Source: Blasia pusilla (lineage: Eukaryota). From it: a stretch of 64,000 nucleotides of DNA. The stretch is from positions 11,222,001 through 11,286,000 of the forward strand of contig CM114271.1 in the NCBI GenBank assembly GCA_050084515.1, given 5' to 3'. The notes beneath the pieces are model-generated. The model did not search any database. It was not told the DNA's origin and saw only the letters and a list, made by a program, of their open reading frames with translations. Shown here piece by piece: positions 26,500-39,879 of the stretch (its first letter is position 1; each line of letters begins with the position of its first letter). The position numbers and the translations under genes are program-made.

Positions 26500-29400
26500 T
26501 TTGCCTCGTCATCAAATATATCCCTACCCCAAAATGCTACAGTCAAGCAGGGTCCTTGAGTTCTTTCAACTCACTCGTCATCGTCCGAGAGCTCTTCCAG
26601 AATTCGTGGGAAGTGACGATGGTGTCACTACCAATGGTGGGTCTGGAACCGGAGCTCTCGACTTCGGAGAAGAGTTGTACGACCCAACTAGCCTATTGTA
26701 ATCTGTCTTTGCCTCTTTGCAAAGGTCAAATAGTTCCCGCCTTCCCTCAAGGCACAGAATTTTCCTACCACTCTGCCATGCGCCTCTGATACTCGCCCCT
26801 AAAAGGCCCACTAAGTCGAACATCAAGTCACCCAGCCTTGACAAGAGCTCGATGAGCGTTTGCATCAGCGCTAGCAACTTTTCCCTTCCTCCAAGTAAGG
26901 GGGTACCATTTTGCATATAAATTCCCGGGGGAGAATTGTATAAACTATCTAAGCTGTACCCATCGGAGCATGGATCCACTCGATCAAGGATCTGAAACAC
27001 TTGGAAGTTCTGCTTGGGCCTTACAAAATAGTAGATAAAGGAGTGGTCCATCTGTAAAGAAGCAGGTTGGAAACAATGTCAACAACAAGAAAGGTCTACT
27101 ATCAGTATGGTGACACAATGTGCAACTCGTCCCCAAAGAACTTCGCTTAACCCCAGAGAACTTAGTTATAGTCCTAACATTGGAGCAACCTCTCAGAGTC
27201 CGACGGGTTGTTTTACAATCCGTCGGACTCCGTGTTAGTGATTTTTTTTGCACATGAGCAACCCGTCGGAAGGCGACAGGTTGCTGACTTAGAGCAGCCC
27301 ATGGTTGGCTAAGAGCAACCCGTCGCTTTCAGACGCGTTGCATCATTCCAGAAACACAAGGAAAATAATAAGCACTTGCAACCCGTCCGGTTCCGACGGG
27401 TTGCATTTACCCAATGGAGACTTGTGGTAAATTTGCAATGTGTCGCTTTCAGACGGATTGCACCACCAAAGTCTCCAGCTCAGACGATCCGACGGGTTGC
27501 ATGCAGAGATGCTACCCGTCGGAGCAAGACAATTTTTACATGGATTTAGAGCCCTTACCCAGATTTGACTCGTCACCGATCGGAGTGGGTACTCGTTCTT
27601 GATGACCCATGATTGCGTCGTCCTCCACTTTGGCGACCTCTTGACACATTGCAGGTTGAAGAGCTCGTCCTCGCTCCCTCTAGTCAAGACCAAGAAACAC
27701 CCATGTCACTGAGATAAGCATCTGCAAAGGAAAATAGGAGCGCGATCTGGTCATAAGAAAGAGGGACATTCGAGTCTGGGACACCGTCGAACGGATTCTT
27801 GTCCCACAAGCGCAACCCCGAGGGCAAATCAGCGACAAGGAGATCCACCGCCACCTCCTCGACCTCCCCATGGACTATCCTGGGAGCATGCACGTTTTTT
27901 TGAAGCTTCCGTCCTAGCGTTGTCAATTTGTCGATGGCGGGTGTCGACGCTTGGGAACTGAAACTTTGCAGCTCATCCAAAAGATTCGTGCAGTGAATGA
28001 TGACGCTTGTCTGGGTCGTTGTTTCTCTATGTCTTCCCAAGGATGATGAAGTGTATTCCACATCCTGGTCTGCTCCTTGGGACAAACCTGATGCCTCTCA
28101 CTTCCGCTTCTCCCGAGTCTGCGGTCGGCTTGTTGGGGTCTCTATTACCTTAGACTCTGGTGGAGTTTTTTTGGCGGAGGACCTGGTCTGACCCTCTCTC
28201 CCCGCTCGACCAGACGATTCCGCCTCTTGCCTTGAATTCTCAGCCTCTTTTTTGGAAGACTCGGCCTTGGAATTCTTTGATCCCCTTGCCTCGGCTTTGA
28301 GACCTGTTGTAGATTTTTCCTTGGCGGTGACGACCTTGGACACCAACTCCGCTTTCTTGAGGGCTTGCTCCTCCGCATCTCCTTCAAAAAAGTCTTCAGG
28401 CTGCACGAAATTTGGGATGTCATCCCTACCTGCGGCCACTGCATCATACACCCATCGAAGATTGTTATCGGTGATGTCCTCCAGGTCGTTGAAGTCCAAC
28501 CAGATGGGGCAATTCTCCACCTTCCAGTCGGACATGCTTTGAGCCATCTCCATGTCGTATATGGAAAATGTCTCTCCATCACGCGGGGAAGCCCACAATT
28601 TGCAAGCTGCCGGTATTTTTTGCCACGTACCTGCATTCTTACAATGGACGAGGTACCTGAACACCATGCGTTGGGTAGCTCTTTGTCGAGATGCATCGGC
28701 CGCCTACTCCTCAAGATCTTGCTTTTTCTTTGCGGAATCCCTTTTCTTCACCAAGGTCTGCTTGAGGGAGGATGTGATCCTTGAACATCGTCCTGAAGCC
28801 TAGGTATTTAATGGACTTGTATTGGATTTCATCCGGCCAAAGTTCGAAATCTTCAGCACTCTCTAGGTTTGCTTCCTTTGGAATAGGCTCTATTTTTTTC
28901 AGCTCTGCTTGGAGACCCACGAGCATGGACTTCCCGAGAAGCCGCAACGCGTCCCAAAATGACCATTCACGGAGCCTGTGAGAGATCACTGGATCAGAGA
29001 CACCCGGAGGATGGTGTACCGCCCTCTTTTGGGCCTCTGTGCCCTCGAGACTGATTTTCATCAGTCGGATTCTCATAAATTCCGAAATTCCAGACAAGGA
29101 AAATCTATGGACGCGGTCGAGAGACACTTTCTACCCAATCCGACCCTGCGGATCTTCATCCCTCTTCCACTGGCACTTGATTATCGCCTTTAGCTCCTTG
29201 AAGAAATCGGGGCCAAGTTTGGGGTTGAGAATGGCGATGTAGCGTTGCATCTTGCTTGCAGTGTACTTCGTAGTTGCAGATACTGCAACTTGGATGAACT
29301 TAGCACTCTCAGACGCAGACACGTTCTCCCTCCGCTCCAGCTCCAATGAAGCGCTCTTCTTGGTGGCCTGTATCTTTGACCAGCAAAGGATTGTCACGGC

Positions 29401-31549
29401 TGCATCTTGGGAAATAAATGTATTTGCCCAAGTATTTTTTTTTATTTGAGCCCCCTTCGCCAACATCTCATTTACAAGGGTGTCGCCTAAGAACCCCTTG
29501 TACTCTACCAGGTGCGTCGTTAGCACTTTCTTCACCCGATCGCAATCTTGGATCCAGTGGTGGATGACATTCCCCTCGGATACAATCCTGCACATCCAAA
29601 CACAATATAAGAATTTTTTCAAGCTACATGGGTTCCTACAACCCGTCGGACCTTGACAGGTCGCCATACCTCATGGTCAGAATGGTAGCTACGAGCTAAC
29701 TCGTAGCAACCCATTGGAGTTTGACGGATTGCATTCATATTTGTGATTGCCTGGTTACAACCCGTCAGACTCCGACGGATTGTCAGATAATTTGTCTTTA
29801 GAGAGTGGTCTCCGCGGAAAAAGTGAACATATCAACACGTCGGAGTCCGATATGTTGCGCAATTTCATGTAAAGCTGCAATTTGACGCCAAAAATCAAGC
29901 TCCCCTACTCCGATCACCTACTCGTGCCGGCGAATGCAACCCGTCGAAGTCCAACGAGTTGCTTTCGGCCAAAAACATCCTTAAAACAGCGGCCAGTCAA
30001 GCAACTTGTCGGACTCCGACGAGTTGCTTTCAGCCAAAAACATCCTAAAAATAGTGGCCAGTCAAGCAACTCGTTGGACTCCGACGAGTTGCTTTCAGCC
30101 AAAAACATCCTAAAAATAGCGGCCAGTCAAGCAACTCGTCAAACTCCGACGACTTGCTTTCTGCCAAAAACATTCTATAAATAGCGGCAAGTCAACCAAC
30201 TCGTCGGACTTCGACGAGTGGCTTTAAGGCATCCGATGTTTTGTTACCACTAGTTAAAAAACTCATCGGAGTCCAAAAATTTGCAGTAATCAAAATAAAG
30301 GAGAAGGAAACTTACGTGTTCATGGCATGCATGGCCATTTCCACGGTCGCCATGTGATGAGGGTATGGATGTAGCACGATTGCCTTCACGCAGAAATGCG
30401 CCTCCAATGAGTTTTGGCGCTCCTCTGCAAATTGGGTCCACGCCATGAACATGTGGTTTCCATCCCAGATGAAGAAATAGAGGTTCCGCATCCAGGTGAA
30501 TTCCGTCAACTCAATCGCTCTTCTGAATTCCTGATCTCTCATCCTCCAGAATGTGTCGAGCGCTTCCAAGTCCTCCTCTGTCACCAGCGCTTGAGTTCCA
30601 TGTTCATTGTAAGGCTGAACATAGAACGGAGGGAAGTTGTCGACGTAGGATGCTGTCACTGCCGATTGTTTCATCTTTGCAATATCCTCATCAGACTGAA
30701 TTTTGCGGACGTATTCCATTGTCCGTAATCGGAAAAGTGGAATTCTCGGGGCGTTCTGGCCCTCCATCAGTGCCATCTGCTTTACCACCTGTCACAATGG
30801 GGACAAGGTCAATAAACTACACTGAATTGCCAATGAATTGCAACATGGGCCTTCACATAACTCAAAGAACAAAGATCGTATCTTACCCGCTCGAAGATTG
30901 GGTCGGTGTCTTGGCCCGCCAACTGCTCTGGCACAGCAACTGGCAAGTCCACTGTAAACTCATCGATCCGATAAAGGTAGATTTCTTCCGCCGGGCTAAG
31001 AGACGAGGAAGACCGCTCTCCTGCTTCTTCAGAGATGTCCACCATCTCCACGCTGGCGGTCCTCATGACCTCATCATCCGTCACTTGAACTTTGCCCGTT
31101 TCCTCAGCCGATTTTATATTGATTGTGTCCCCGGACTTCATCGCGGACATTTCCTGCATCTCAACACTTTCGGTTGGACGGGCCAGGCTTTCTTCAATGG
31201 CAATCGCTTTTTCCCTTCGAGCTTTTGCCAATTCTGCTCTCCTCACCAACGTGTCTAGACGCTTCTTTTCACCCTTCTCCTCGACGATTCTTTTCTTCAA
31301 GGCTTGCGACGCCTCAACCTCCGCGTTATGTTTTTCAAGCACCTCCTTAACACGTTTTGCAAGAAGCTCTTGCCTATGCATCTTTGCTTCCCTTTTGCGC
31401 TCCTCGATCTCTTGCTGCCTTATCTCATTGGCTGAACGAGGCCCTAGAGATGGTGACGCAGGAGTCTTGGACTTAGGAGTGAAGCTACCAGCCTTGCTTG
31501 CTTGAGATTTTTTCCTCGTCATTGTTCCTGATAATGCCTCCTCCTCCAC
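26500..31549 (-). pseudogene. Cargo gene: coiled-coil, ParB/Srx-like domain, unknown middle region, beta-class N4/N6 DNA methyltransferase-like domain (about 4 exons)
   Basis: Predicted exons ~31549-30887, 30788-30316, 29587-27559 and 27051-~26500 with GT-AG borders. ParB-like PRIPLFRLR...FPPFYV...FFIWDGNHMFMAW. MTase-like VDLLVADLPSG (motif IV position), then REK..LMQTLIELLSRLGDLMFDLVGLLGASIRGAWQSGRKILCLE (motifs X, I, II). Confidence 0.7.
29936..30222. repeat. Tandem array, 65-bp period (27-bp palindrome plus 38-bp spacer), 5 units, in cargo intron 2
   Basis: Palindromes start at 29936, 30001, 30066, 30131 and 30196. Confidence 0.9.
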
Positions 31550-32701
31550 AACAAAATTACTTTATGTGCACGATGAGTTGCCTCGATGAGTCGCCTTGAT
31601 GAGTGGCTCGGATGAGTTGCCTCGATGAGTCGCTTGAATCGTCTCGCGATGAGTCGCCGTGTGAAGCGCCCCTTGGTATTTGGTCCGCTGCTGCACTGAC
31701 GAGCAATCAAGATCGCAAAACAAAAAACCGGAAATGAGCAAACCCTCGCCTATTTATACTTTTCGAGCCGTTGGGTCACACCGTCATTCCAACGGCAACG
31801 TGTTGGCTGTCATGGAGGTTTAGACGTGAAAACCACCAATCCGACGGGTTGGAGGCATCTGTCCTAACAGAGCTATCCTGGCAACCCATCGGAGTCCGAC
31901 AAGTTGCACGCCTCCGCCGTCTTGGGGGAAGAACGCGAGGTAACCGCGCAACCCGTCGGAGATCGGGGGGTTGGACCCTTCCCTCATCTTGGGATAACAA
32001 GGCGGGGTACCCGCGCAACTCGTCGGAGGCCGACGGGTTGCACACTTCCTTCATGCAAGCGTTACAAGGCGAGGCACTTGCGCAACCCGTCGGAGGCTAA
32101 CGGGTTGCACGCTTCCCTCATCTTGGGGTAATAGGCGAGGTACCTGGGCAACCCATCGGTTACTGATAGGTTGCACTCTTTTCTATCCCTCGGGTAACAA
32201 AGCAATGCGACAAAGGATAGTTCCGAGGCAACCTCATGCAATCCGACGGGTCACAAGGTCTACCCTGAGTTGGACAATCCCGTAACAGTCCCCAACGATT
32301 AGTTACCTTAGCAAATGCAAGCGATGTCTCATGTTTGATGTTAGAAAAATCGTCTCAAAAGACCATTGGTCAGCATGAAGGGGATACCAACCTAACGGAC
32401 ACCGACGGCTTCCAATTTGCATTGGGACACGAAAACAAAAAATGGAATTGGGTGCTTCGCAACCCACGTCTCTGATTCCCAAATTTTGCAACCCATTGGA
32501 CTCCAATAGGTTGCGAAAAAATTAAATCCATCATGCCAGACGATCTCACCTACCAAACTTCATCTTGTCAGTCAAATTTTGTCACGAGAATCTCAGTCCC
32601 TATTCACTATAAATTGAACATTCTCATTCTCATTCTCATACCCATTCCCATTCTTATCCTCATTCTTATTCTCAATCTCCTCCCGATGGAATCTTTTGGG
32701 A

Positions 32702-35607
32702 ATGGATAATTATGTGAAGCTCACTTGTGGCAATCATCTAGTGGCCTTTCCTCAATCAAAAATCGTTCGACCGCAAGCTCGTGAGTCTTTCATACCAATG
32801 GATGAAAATTTTCTCTCAATTTGATTTCGTCTTTAAATTGGAACAATCTTTGTGTCCAAGGATGTTAGGGTGGACGGTACGGAGGACATAATAGGTGAGA
32901 CAATCCAGCCAGTGATTGCAGACCGTAAAGTAGGGAATCTCCTACCTCTAGCAAATGGTAAATACAGAGTTTACGTCTTGCCTCTGAATTCCTCAGTTTC
33001 CCAAGTAGACGGTCGAGAATTTTCTAGTGCACCGAGCTCTACGTTTGCAACTCCTAGCTTAGTAGATCCGGCATCGACTCCAACTTCACACGTTAGTTAC
33101 AATGTTGTACTTGTGAAGAAATTCCCGATGTTTTCAACCTCATTGAATATGTAGGACACCAACCGGGCCCTCTATCCACCTACTTGTTCCTCTTGCGAGT
33201 ATCAAGCAATAGTTTGCTATCGTCTCTGGCCTTGAAAATGTTTAAGCACATTCTTGTCAAGGAGCTGCTGCCCACGTATGATGGTAATTGCATTTTAGAG
33301 TTGCCTCCACTTGTTGCTCCTTCTCAAAAGAAAGATGGAGGATGCTTGAAGGGTATGGACTTCAATTCCAGATGGTCCTTGGATTGTATCCCGCCGCCAA
33401 TGCGTTGGAGCCTTGGAGTGTAGAAGTCCAGCATGCCCGTATCTAGAGCGCAATGGGTTGGTCAATACGTCACAATTCCCTCCCAAGAATGCAGAAACTC
33501 CATATGAGGTCGGTGCCACCATACAGTCGGGAGGCCATCGATGTCCTCATTTTCTGGCATCCCCTTTCTACGTTGGAGCGTGTCCTCCATACATATTTTT
33601 CATTGCCCACGACTTGGGTTCCACGTCAGAGTACACAAGGTTGGCAGTTCATGTTGGCTCCCACACTCATCCTGTGACTGATGCAATTCAGAGACACATC
33701 AAGGAGGATATGGCGAAGAAAGCACCTGAGGTCTACAGAAACTCTCCGGGTTCAAAGCCTGGAGTGATCAAGTTAACAACAGCATCACAAATTTGTGAAC
33801 AACTGCTTGGAATCCCTGGGCAGGGCAAGATCACGGCTGGTGAGGAGAACCAACTCTGGGAAAATCTCGCATTTCTCGCTGATCCTGAATGCTTCAGGAA
33901 TTTACTCCATCAAATACGCGTACAGGATGGAAAGATGGCCGAAATGGATGCCATTTCCAGAATCAAGGCCAACTCCATATTTCCATTCATTCAGAGATGG
34001 CAATTCATGGGCCAAGGAGGTGAAGGATCTAGGGCCTATGTCTTCAAAATATCAACGACAGGTCCGTCAAGTGGCCTCGATCTTATAGATCGAATGAGGG
34101 AAGCGGAAGATCTTTACCGTAGCTGGGTAAGCTTTGATATTTGCTAAAGAGTGCTGAACAGATGGTTGACAATGGGTGCTCACGTTTTTGACCATGTGGA
34201 GAAGGGACTCAAAACTATGTTTGTCTGTGAAGTAAAAGCAGAAGACGTTGGCAGTTTGAAGATGTGCTAGTTACTCTTATTGGAGGTGGTGAAGGAAAAC
34301 AAAAGGCCACCTGCGGAAATTTATGGATTCATGGCAGAAAATGCACAACCTGGGTGCATTGCTATCAGGGAAGTGTTTGGGGATGGAGAGGTTCAACCAG
34401 AGAGGGAAAGGTTGGATGCTTTCCATTGGCAACAATCTGTGACCCGATACACCAAATCTTGCATCAAGGAGAATAAGAGGACAGAGCATGTCACTCTACT
34501 CCAACGCTGCAAGGACAGCAAAACCTTGAAATACGCCATGGAATGCAAAGAAGAAATTCATGGGTGGTAGAGGAAACATGCGATTGAGGGGAAGTACAAA
34601 GAGTTATGCTCTTGGCTGAGTTGGTGGACTGTACAAATGAGACACTGGGGAAACTTCATGCGGGAGGTGAGTTCACTAATTTATCTCGCTGAAAATTGTT
34701 TGAAGAGTTGCAGCTCAAGTTGAGAAGCGTGGGCACTATAGGGATTTCAAACCAAAGAAACCAAGCAACTTGTTAGATGCAACAAGTTGCATGAGTGTTC
34801 AACCCATTGCTTACCGACCGGTTGCCTGAGTGTGCAACCAATCGGAAAGCGACGGGTTGCAAGTCGCACGGCCAAATTTACTTGCAACCCGTCGGAATCG
34901 GACGGGTTGACGAGTTGCTTGAGAGTGCAACCAATTGGAAAAGGACAGGTTGATGGTTTTCCTGAGTGTGCAACCAGTCAGAAAAGGAAGGGTTGCAAGT
35001 CGTCTGGCCAAATTTACTTGCAACCCATCGGAATCGAACGGGTTGCACTAGGTGGTTCCTAGGTGTTGCAACACGTCAAGAACCGACAAGTCGCAGAGTA
35101 ATTCATGGGATGCCTTGGCCCATCAACCCATCAGGTTCCAACATGTAGCTTATTTCTTTGACTTTAGAGCTATTTTTGTTCCCTTCTCACATTGGGGTCG
35201 TCGCAGGGATTGAACATTCATGAAAATGCCCTCTTCCCCAACACAAGTAGAGCAGAAAGTATTCATTCCTCCTAGAGGTCGTCACAAGCATGCCAAAGAA
35301 TTTCACTCATGGAGGCATGCCAACAAGACCAGGCAAGAGCAATGCTATAGTCTACAGCATCCCATATCTTCCTCACAAAAGGCATAACAAAAGGAAGGGT
35401 GCCTTCGATCTACGAGCTCTATGTCAGGGCGGCTGTGAGATCTGGTGATGAGAAACTCTATGTAGAAGCCTTCAACCGGTGCGTAGCAAGAACTCCCCTC
35501 GAGCAAGACGTACACATTGGTGGGGATATTTGTGGGCGCGTTTCAAGACGTCCCATACAAATGGTGGTAGAGCAGTTTGAGCGAGACTCGTGGAGACCAG
35601 ATAAGTA
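32702..35607 (+). pseudogene. MULE transposase, copy B (3'-truncated, multiple stops)
   Basis: MDNYVKLTCG start, GCM-like region, WVSFDIC, GFMAENA, DAFHWQQ, palindrome-containing intron, PNTSRAESIHS. Confidence 0.85.
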
Positions 35608-38600
35608 GAGGTGCGGTTAGAGGAGAGGAAGAGAGGAGAGAGGAAACTACCTTCAACCAAAAGAGATATGTTTTTTGAAGAGAGTTTCCTGTGATTTAAA
35701 GAGAGGAACTTTTTGTGTGAATTTTTTGCACTTTTCTGCTCAGTTCTTAAGCACTCCCACAGTTTTTTTTTCCTCTTCCATATTTTGGCAACCCCTCTGA
35801 GTCCAACGAGTTGCAAATTGCACAAAATTTAGAAAACTGAAAAATCAGTGGAATCATAAATGTGGAACAAATCACTTTTTCCATCCAAGGTCTGGAAAAA
35901 ATCTATCATTTGCCCTTGCCTGAATAAAGTTCAAGCTCAAAGTGAAAGTTCTAGAAAAATGAAAGTACAGTCTAAAATCTCATTTTGCATCCTTAAAGTG
36001 GTTTGTTTAAAATACTTCGCACTTCTTTGAGGGACACAATTGGTTGGTGGATTCCTACTCCTACCTGCGACTCTCTTAAAACTACAAGCAACACATAGTA
36101 CATCTGCTTACAAGGGAAATACCTTTTGCCACTTGTCTCTCTTTGGACAAAGTCATCACATGAACATGTGGGAAAGCAACAGATGTGCACCACATACACC
36201 CTTGTGACACTTGAATTTACAGTGTTGTTCCTGACCCAATACATCCTTCATATTCCATTGCCATTGTGGACATCTTTTGTGGCGATGATCTCCATTTTTG
36301 CCTCTCGAGCTGATGCAATTCGCTTTGCTCTCTCCAACGTTGGCCTACACATTCTGTTTCTCTTCACCCCATTTCTAGACTCAAACAGAAATAGTGGATT
36401 GAGATCATCCACCTTCTGCGGGTACATGTTGACGTCAATCTTGGGTTGAATACGAAATGCAAAGGTCTCTATAATGCGAACATGCTCTGAACTTCCTCCA
36501 TCTACGAGTTTGAAACTGACACTTGTAAGATTGTCCACTTTGTCTTGAGTGCAATTTGTACCTGCGGCGATGGGCCAAATCGTGGGGGTATTCCTCGGAG
36601 CTCCAATGGCAGCCGGATAAGACTTGCGGAAAGCGCAAGATTCATTTGGATAGAAGAAGTACTTCAATTGATCCCTGGCCCTTGTGGAACGATCAAAGGT
36701 TTTGAGTCCCCAAAACCCAAGCAGTGGTCGTACAATCCTTCTACAGTTCTTATTTAGGAAAGTGCAGCATGCTCTCTTAATGCCATCAGATCCTGCCCTG
36801 CAGGTGGGTCCATATCCAGGGTTGCTCCGAGATATATGCCACTGTTTCCGGCAACCTGAAACAGTGGCATATATCTCGGATGACCAGAATCCCATTTTGT
36901 TGAACCACCCCAGTGACCAGATGTTGCGAACTTCCAGCAACGGAGGGCTTTTGAGATAAAACATTTATTGATTTTGGAGAAGTTACACCATCACGGATTT
37001 GGGAGCGATCCGGGGTCCTCGAATACCTAGGCGGCGTAATTTCCTCATCCAAATCAATCACCAGATTTGTTCCTTGATGGTGCCTCTTCACCTGCCTGAA
37101 GTCAAGATACTTATCTGGTCTCCACAAGTCTCGCTCGGACTGCTCTACCACCATCTGTATGGGACGTCTTGAAATACGCCCACAAATATCTCCACCAATG
37201 TGTACGTCTTGCTCGAGGGGAGTTCCTGCTACGCATTGATTGAAGGCTTCCACATAGAGTTTCTCATCACCCGATCTCACAGTCGCCCTGACATAGAGCT
37301 CGTAGATCGAAGGCCCCCTTCCTTTTGTTATGCCTTTTGTGAGGAAGATATGGGATGTTGTAGACTGTAGCATTGCTCTTGCCTGGTCTTGTTGGCATGC
37401 CTCCACAAGTGAAATTCTTTGGCATGCTTGTGACGACCTCCACAAGGAATGAACACTTTCTACTCCACTTGTGTTGGGGCAGAGGGCATTTTCATGAATG
37501 TTCAATCCCTGCAACAACGGCACTATGAGAAGGGAACCAAAATAGCTCTATGAGCAAAGAAAAAAGCTACATGTCGAAACCAGACGGGTTGCAAGTTGGA
37601 GGCATCCCATGAATGACTCTGTAACCCGATAGTTTCCGACGTGTTGCAACACCCAGGAACCACCTAGTGCAACCCGTCGGATTTCGACGGGTTGCAAGTA
37701 AATTTGGCCATGGGACTTGCAACCCGTCCGTTTCTGACTGGTTCCGCTCTCAGGCAACCCGTCAACCCATCTGATTCCGACGTGTTGCAAGTAAATTTGG
37801 CCGTGCGACTTGCAACCCGTGGGGTTCCGACTGGTTGCACACTCAGCCAACCCGTCGGTAAGCGACGGGTTGAACACTCATGCGACTTGTCGCATCCGAC
37901 AAGTTGCTTGGTTTCTTTGGTTTGAAATCGCTATAGTGCCTACGCTTCTCACCTTTAGCTGCAACTCTTCAAACAATTTTCAGCGAGACAAATTAGTGAA
38001 CTCACCTCCCGTAGGAAGTTTCCCCATTGTCTCATTTGTATAGTCCACCAACTCAGCCAAGAGCATAACTCTTTGTACTTCCCCTCAATCGCATGTTTCC
38101 TCCACCACCCATGAATTTTTTCTTGGCATTCCATGACGTGTTTCAAGGTTTTTCTGTCCTTGCAGCGTTGGAGTAGAGTGACATGCTCTGTCTTATTATT
38201 CTCCTTGATGCAAGATTTGGTGTAGCGGGTCACAGACTGTTGCCCATGGAAAGCATCCGACCTTTCTCTCTCTGGTTGAACCTCCCCACCCCAAAACACT
38301 TCATTGATAGCAATCCACCCAGCTTGTGCATTGTCCGCCATGAACCCATAAATTTCCGGAGTGGCCTTTTGTTTTCCTTCACCACCTCCAATAAGAGTAA
38401 CCAACACATCTTCAAACTACCAACGTCTTCTGCTTTTACTTCATAGACAAATATAGTTTTGAGTCCCTTCTCCACATGGTCATAAACATGAGCATCCATT
38501 GTCAACCATCCGTTCAGCACTCTGTATCAAATAGCAAAGCTTACCCAATTGCCGTAAAGATCTTCCCCTTCCCTCATTCGATCTATAAGATCGAGGCCAT

Positions 38601-38657
38601 TCGACAGACCTGTCATTGAAATTTTGAAGACAAAGGCCCTAGATCCTTCGCCTCCCT

Positions 38658-39428
38658 TATCATGCGCATACACATCGCTACACAACATACATCGCTGTCA
38701 CCGAACACACACACAAACACGCATGATTTCATGCTAACTCATGGCATCCAAACAACGAGACAAGAAGAACCAAAATATCTCCAAGAAAGTAAGATCCAAT
38801 CTCTCTCTCCACCATCTCACACCATAGCTCTCAAAGGTGTGCACTCTCTCTCATGTCAAACCAAACCCACTCTCCTAATGAGAGGCTTGGGTTACACTCA
38901 CAAGGCAAGGTACCATAGCTCCGCTGCCTCATGCCAAGAGATTCAACAAAGAGAGAATGAGCTCTCAAGCTCTCTCTCCTTGAGGTATACCCCTCTCCTC
39001 TCCCAAGCTCTCTCCATGGTAACCTATTCTCCCAAGTCACCTCCTTGGCTCTTGACCTGATGTAGGAGGTCAAGGGCTACTTACCAAAAATAGTAAGTCG
39101 ATCATATACTCAAAATGGTACTTACCTAAAATAGCAAGTCTCTCAATATGGCTCCAAATGAGCCAAAACGAAGGGGAAACCTGCTATCTCAAGTTTCCAA
39201 GGGCCTCAGCAGGTCACCCTCGACCTACTGGGCGTGTCCTCCACTACTCATGAAGCCGATCTATTAGATCCCACCGATCTATCCTAAAAGACGCGTACAA
39301 TTTGCCGTGCGCATACACATCGCTACACAACATACATCGCTGTCACCGAACACACACACAAACACCCATGATCCCATGCTAACTCATGGCATCCAAACAA
39401 CGAGACAAGAAGAACCAAAATATCTCCA
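38658..39428 (-). repeat. 3' terminal repeat block B1-A2-B2 of the gypsy element
   Basis: 38658-38785 repeats at ~39303-39428 (B, ~126 bp); 38786-39299 repeats at 48502-49014 (A, ~512 bp). Confidence 0.9.
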
Positions 39429-39610
39429 ATCGCCCCCCTAGCTGGTGGTTAGGTCCCTCTAACTCCAGATAGCCATCTATCCCTACCTACCATGACATAC
39501 ATCTCTCGGACGCTAAGAGCAAGAAGGCCGGGTGCTCATGTGGCCCCATCGTTAGTCGCCTCCTTGTCATCCATGTCATAGACACAAGTTGGAATGTAGA
39601 ACTTCCTTCT

Positions 39611-39765
39611 CTATGTACATCTGGGACACATCCATCGTCCCTGAGGAACCCTAGTGAGAGGTGGCGTCAAACATGCCATATGCCATCCTCTCGAACACCC
39701 ATCACAGACTAGCATCGTGGGCGCACCATGGGCGCGTAACCACACAACATACAACGCAAGCCTGG
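39611..39765 (-). pseudogene. PHD finger at the C-terminus of Pol
   Basis: CMLCG (frameshift) ...MLVCDGCSRGWHMACLTPPLTRVPQGRWMCPRCT* is a C4HC3 pattern. It is not in the supplied ORF track. Confidence 0.85.
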
Positions 39766-39879
39766 CAGGAACTACTACTAAGCTCGGATCTTTGTACCAT
39801 CAATGTTAGGAAGGTGACATGGCGCAAAATTACGCACATGGTCCTTCCATACCATACCATCGCGTCCCTCCAAAGCAAG

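Larger units (their letters stand above)
24762..35607 (+). mobile_element. MULE-like transposon copy B (left end intact, right part lost)
   Basis: Left terminus GGGGGCTGGTATTCTGGC. Contains the most complete cargo gene and a transposase truncated at SWRPDK. Local duplication of ~25440-25870 at ~26085-26495. Confidence 0.85.

Noticed and set aside
39050-39075. Hammerhead ribozyme core in repeat A (CTGATG inside a hairpin)
   Set aside because: The full CUGANGA...GAAA core with three helices could not be assembled by eye; only a simple stem-loop is present.
39440-39600. Chromodomain or tyrosine recombinase downstream of the integrase
   Set aside because: No chromodomain or R-H-R-Y recombinase motifs were recognised; pol ends with the PHD finger.
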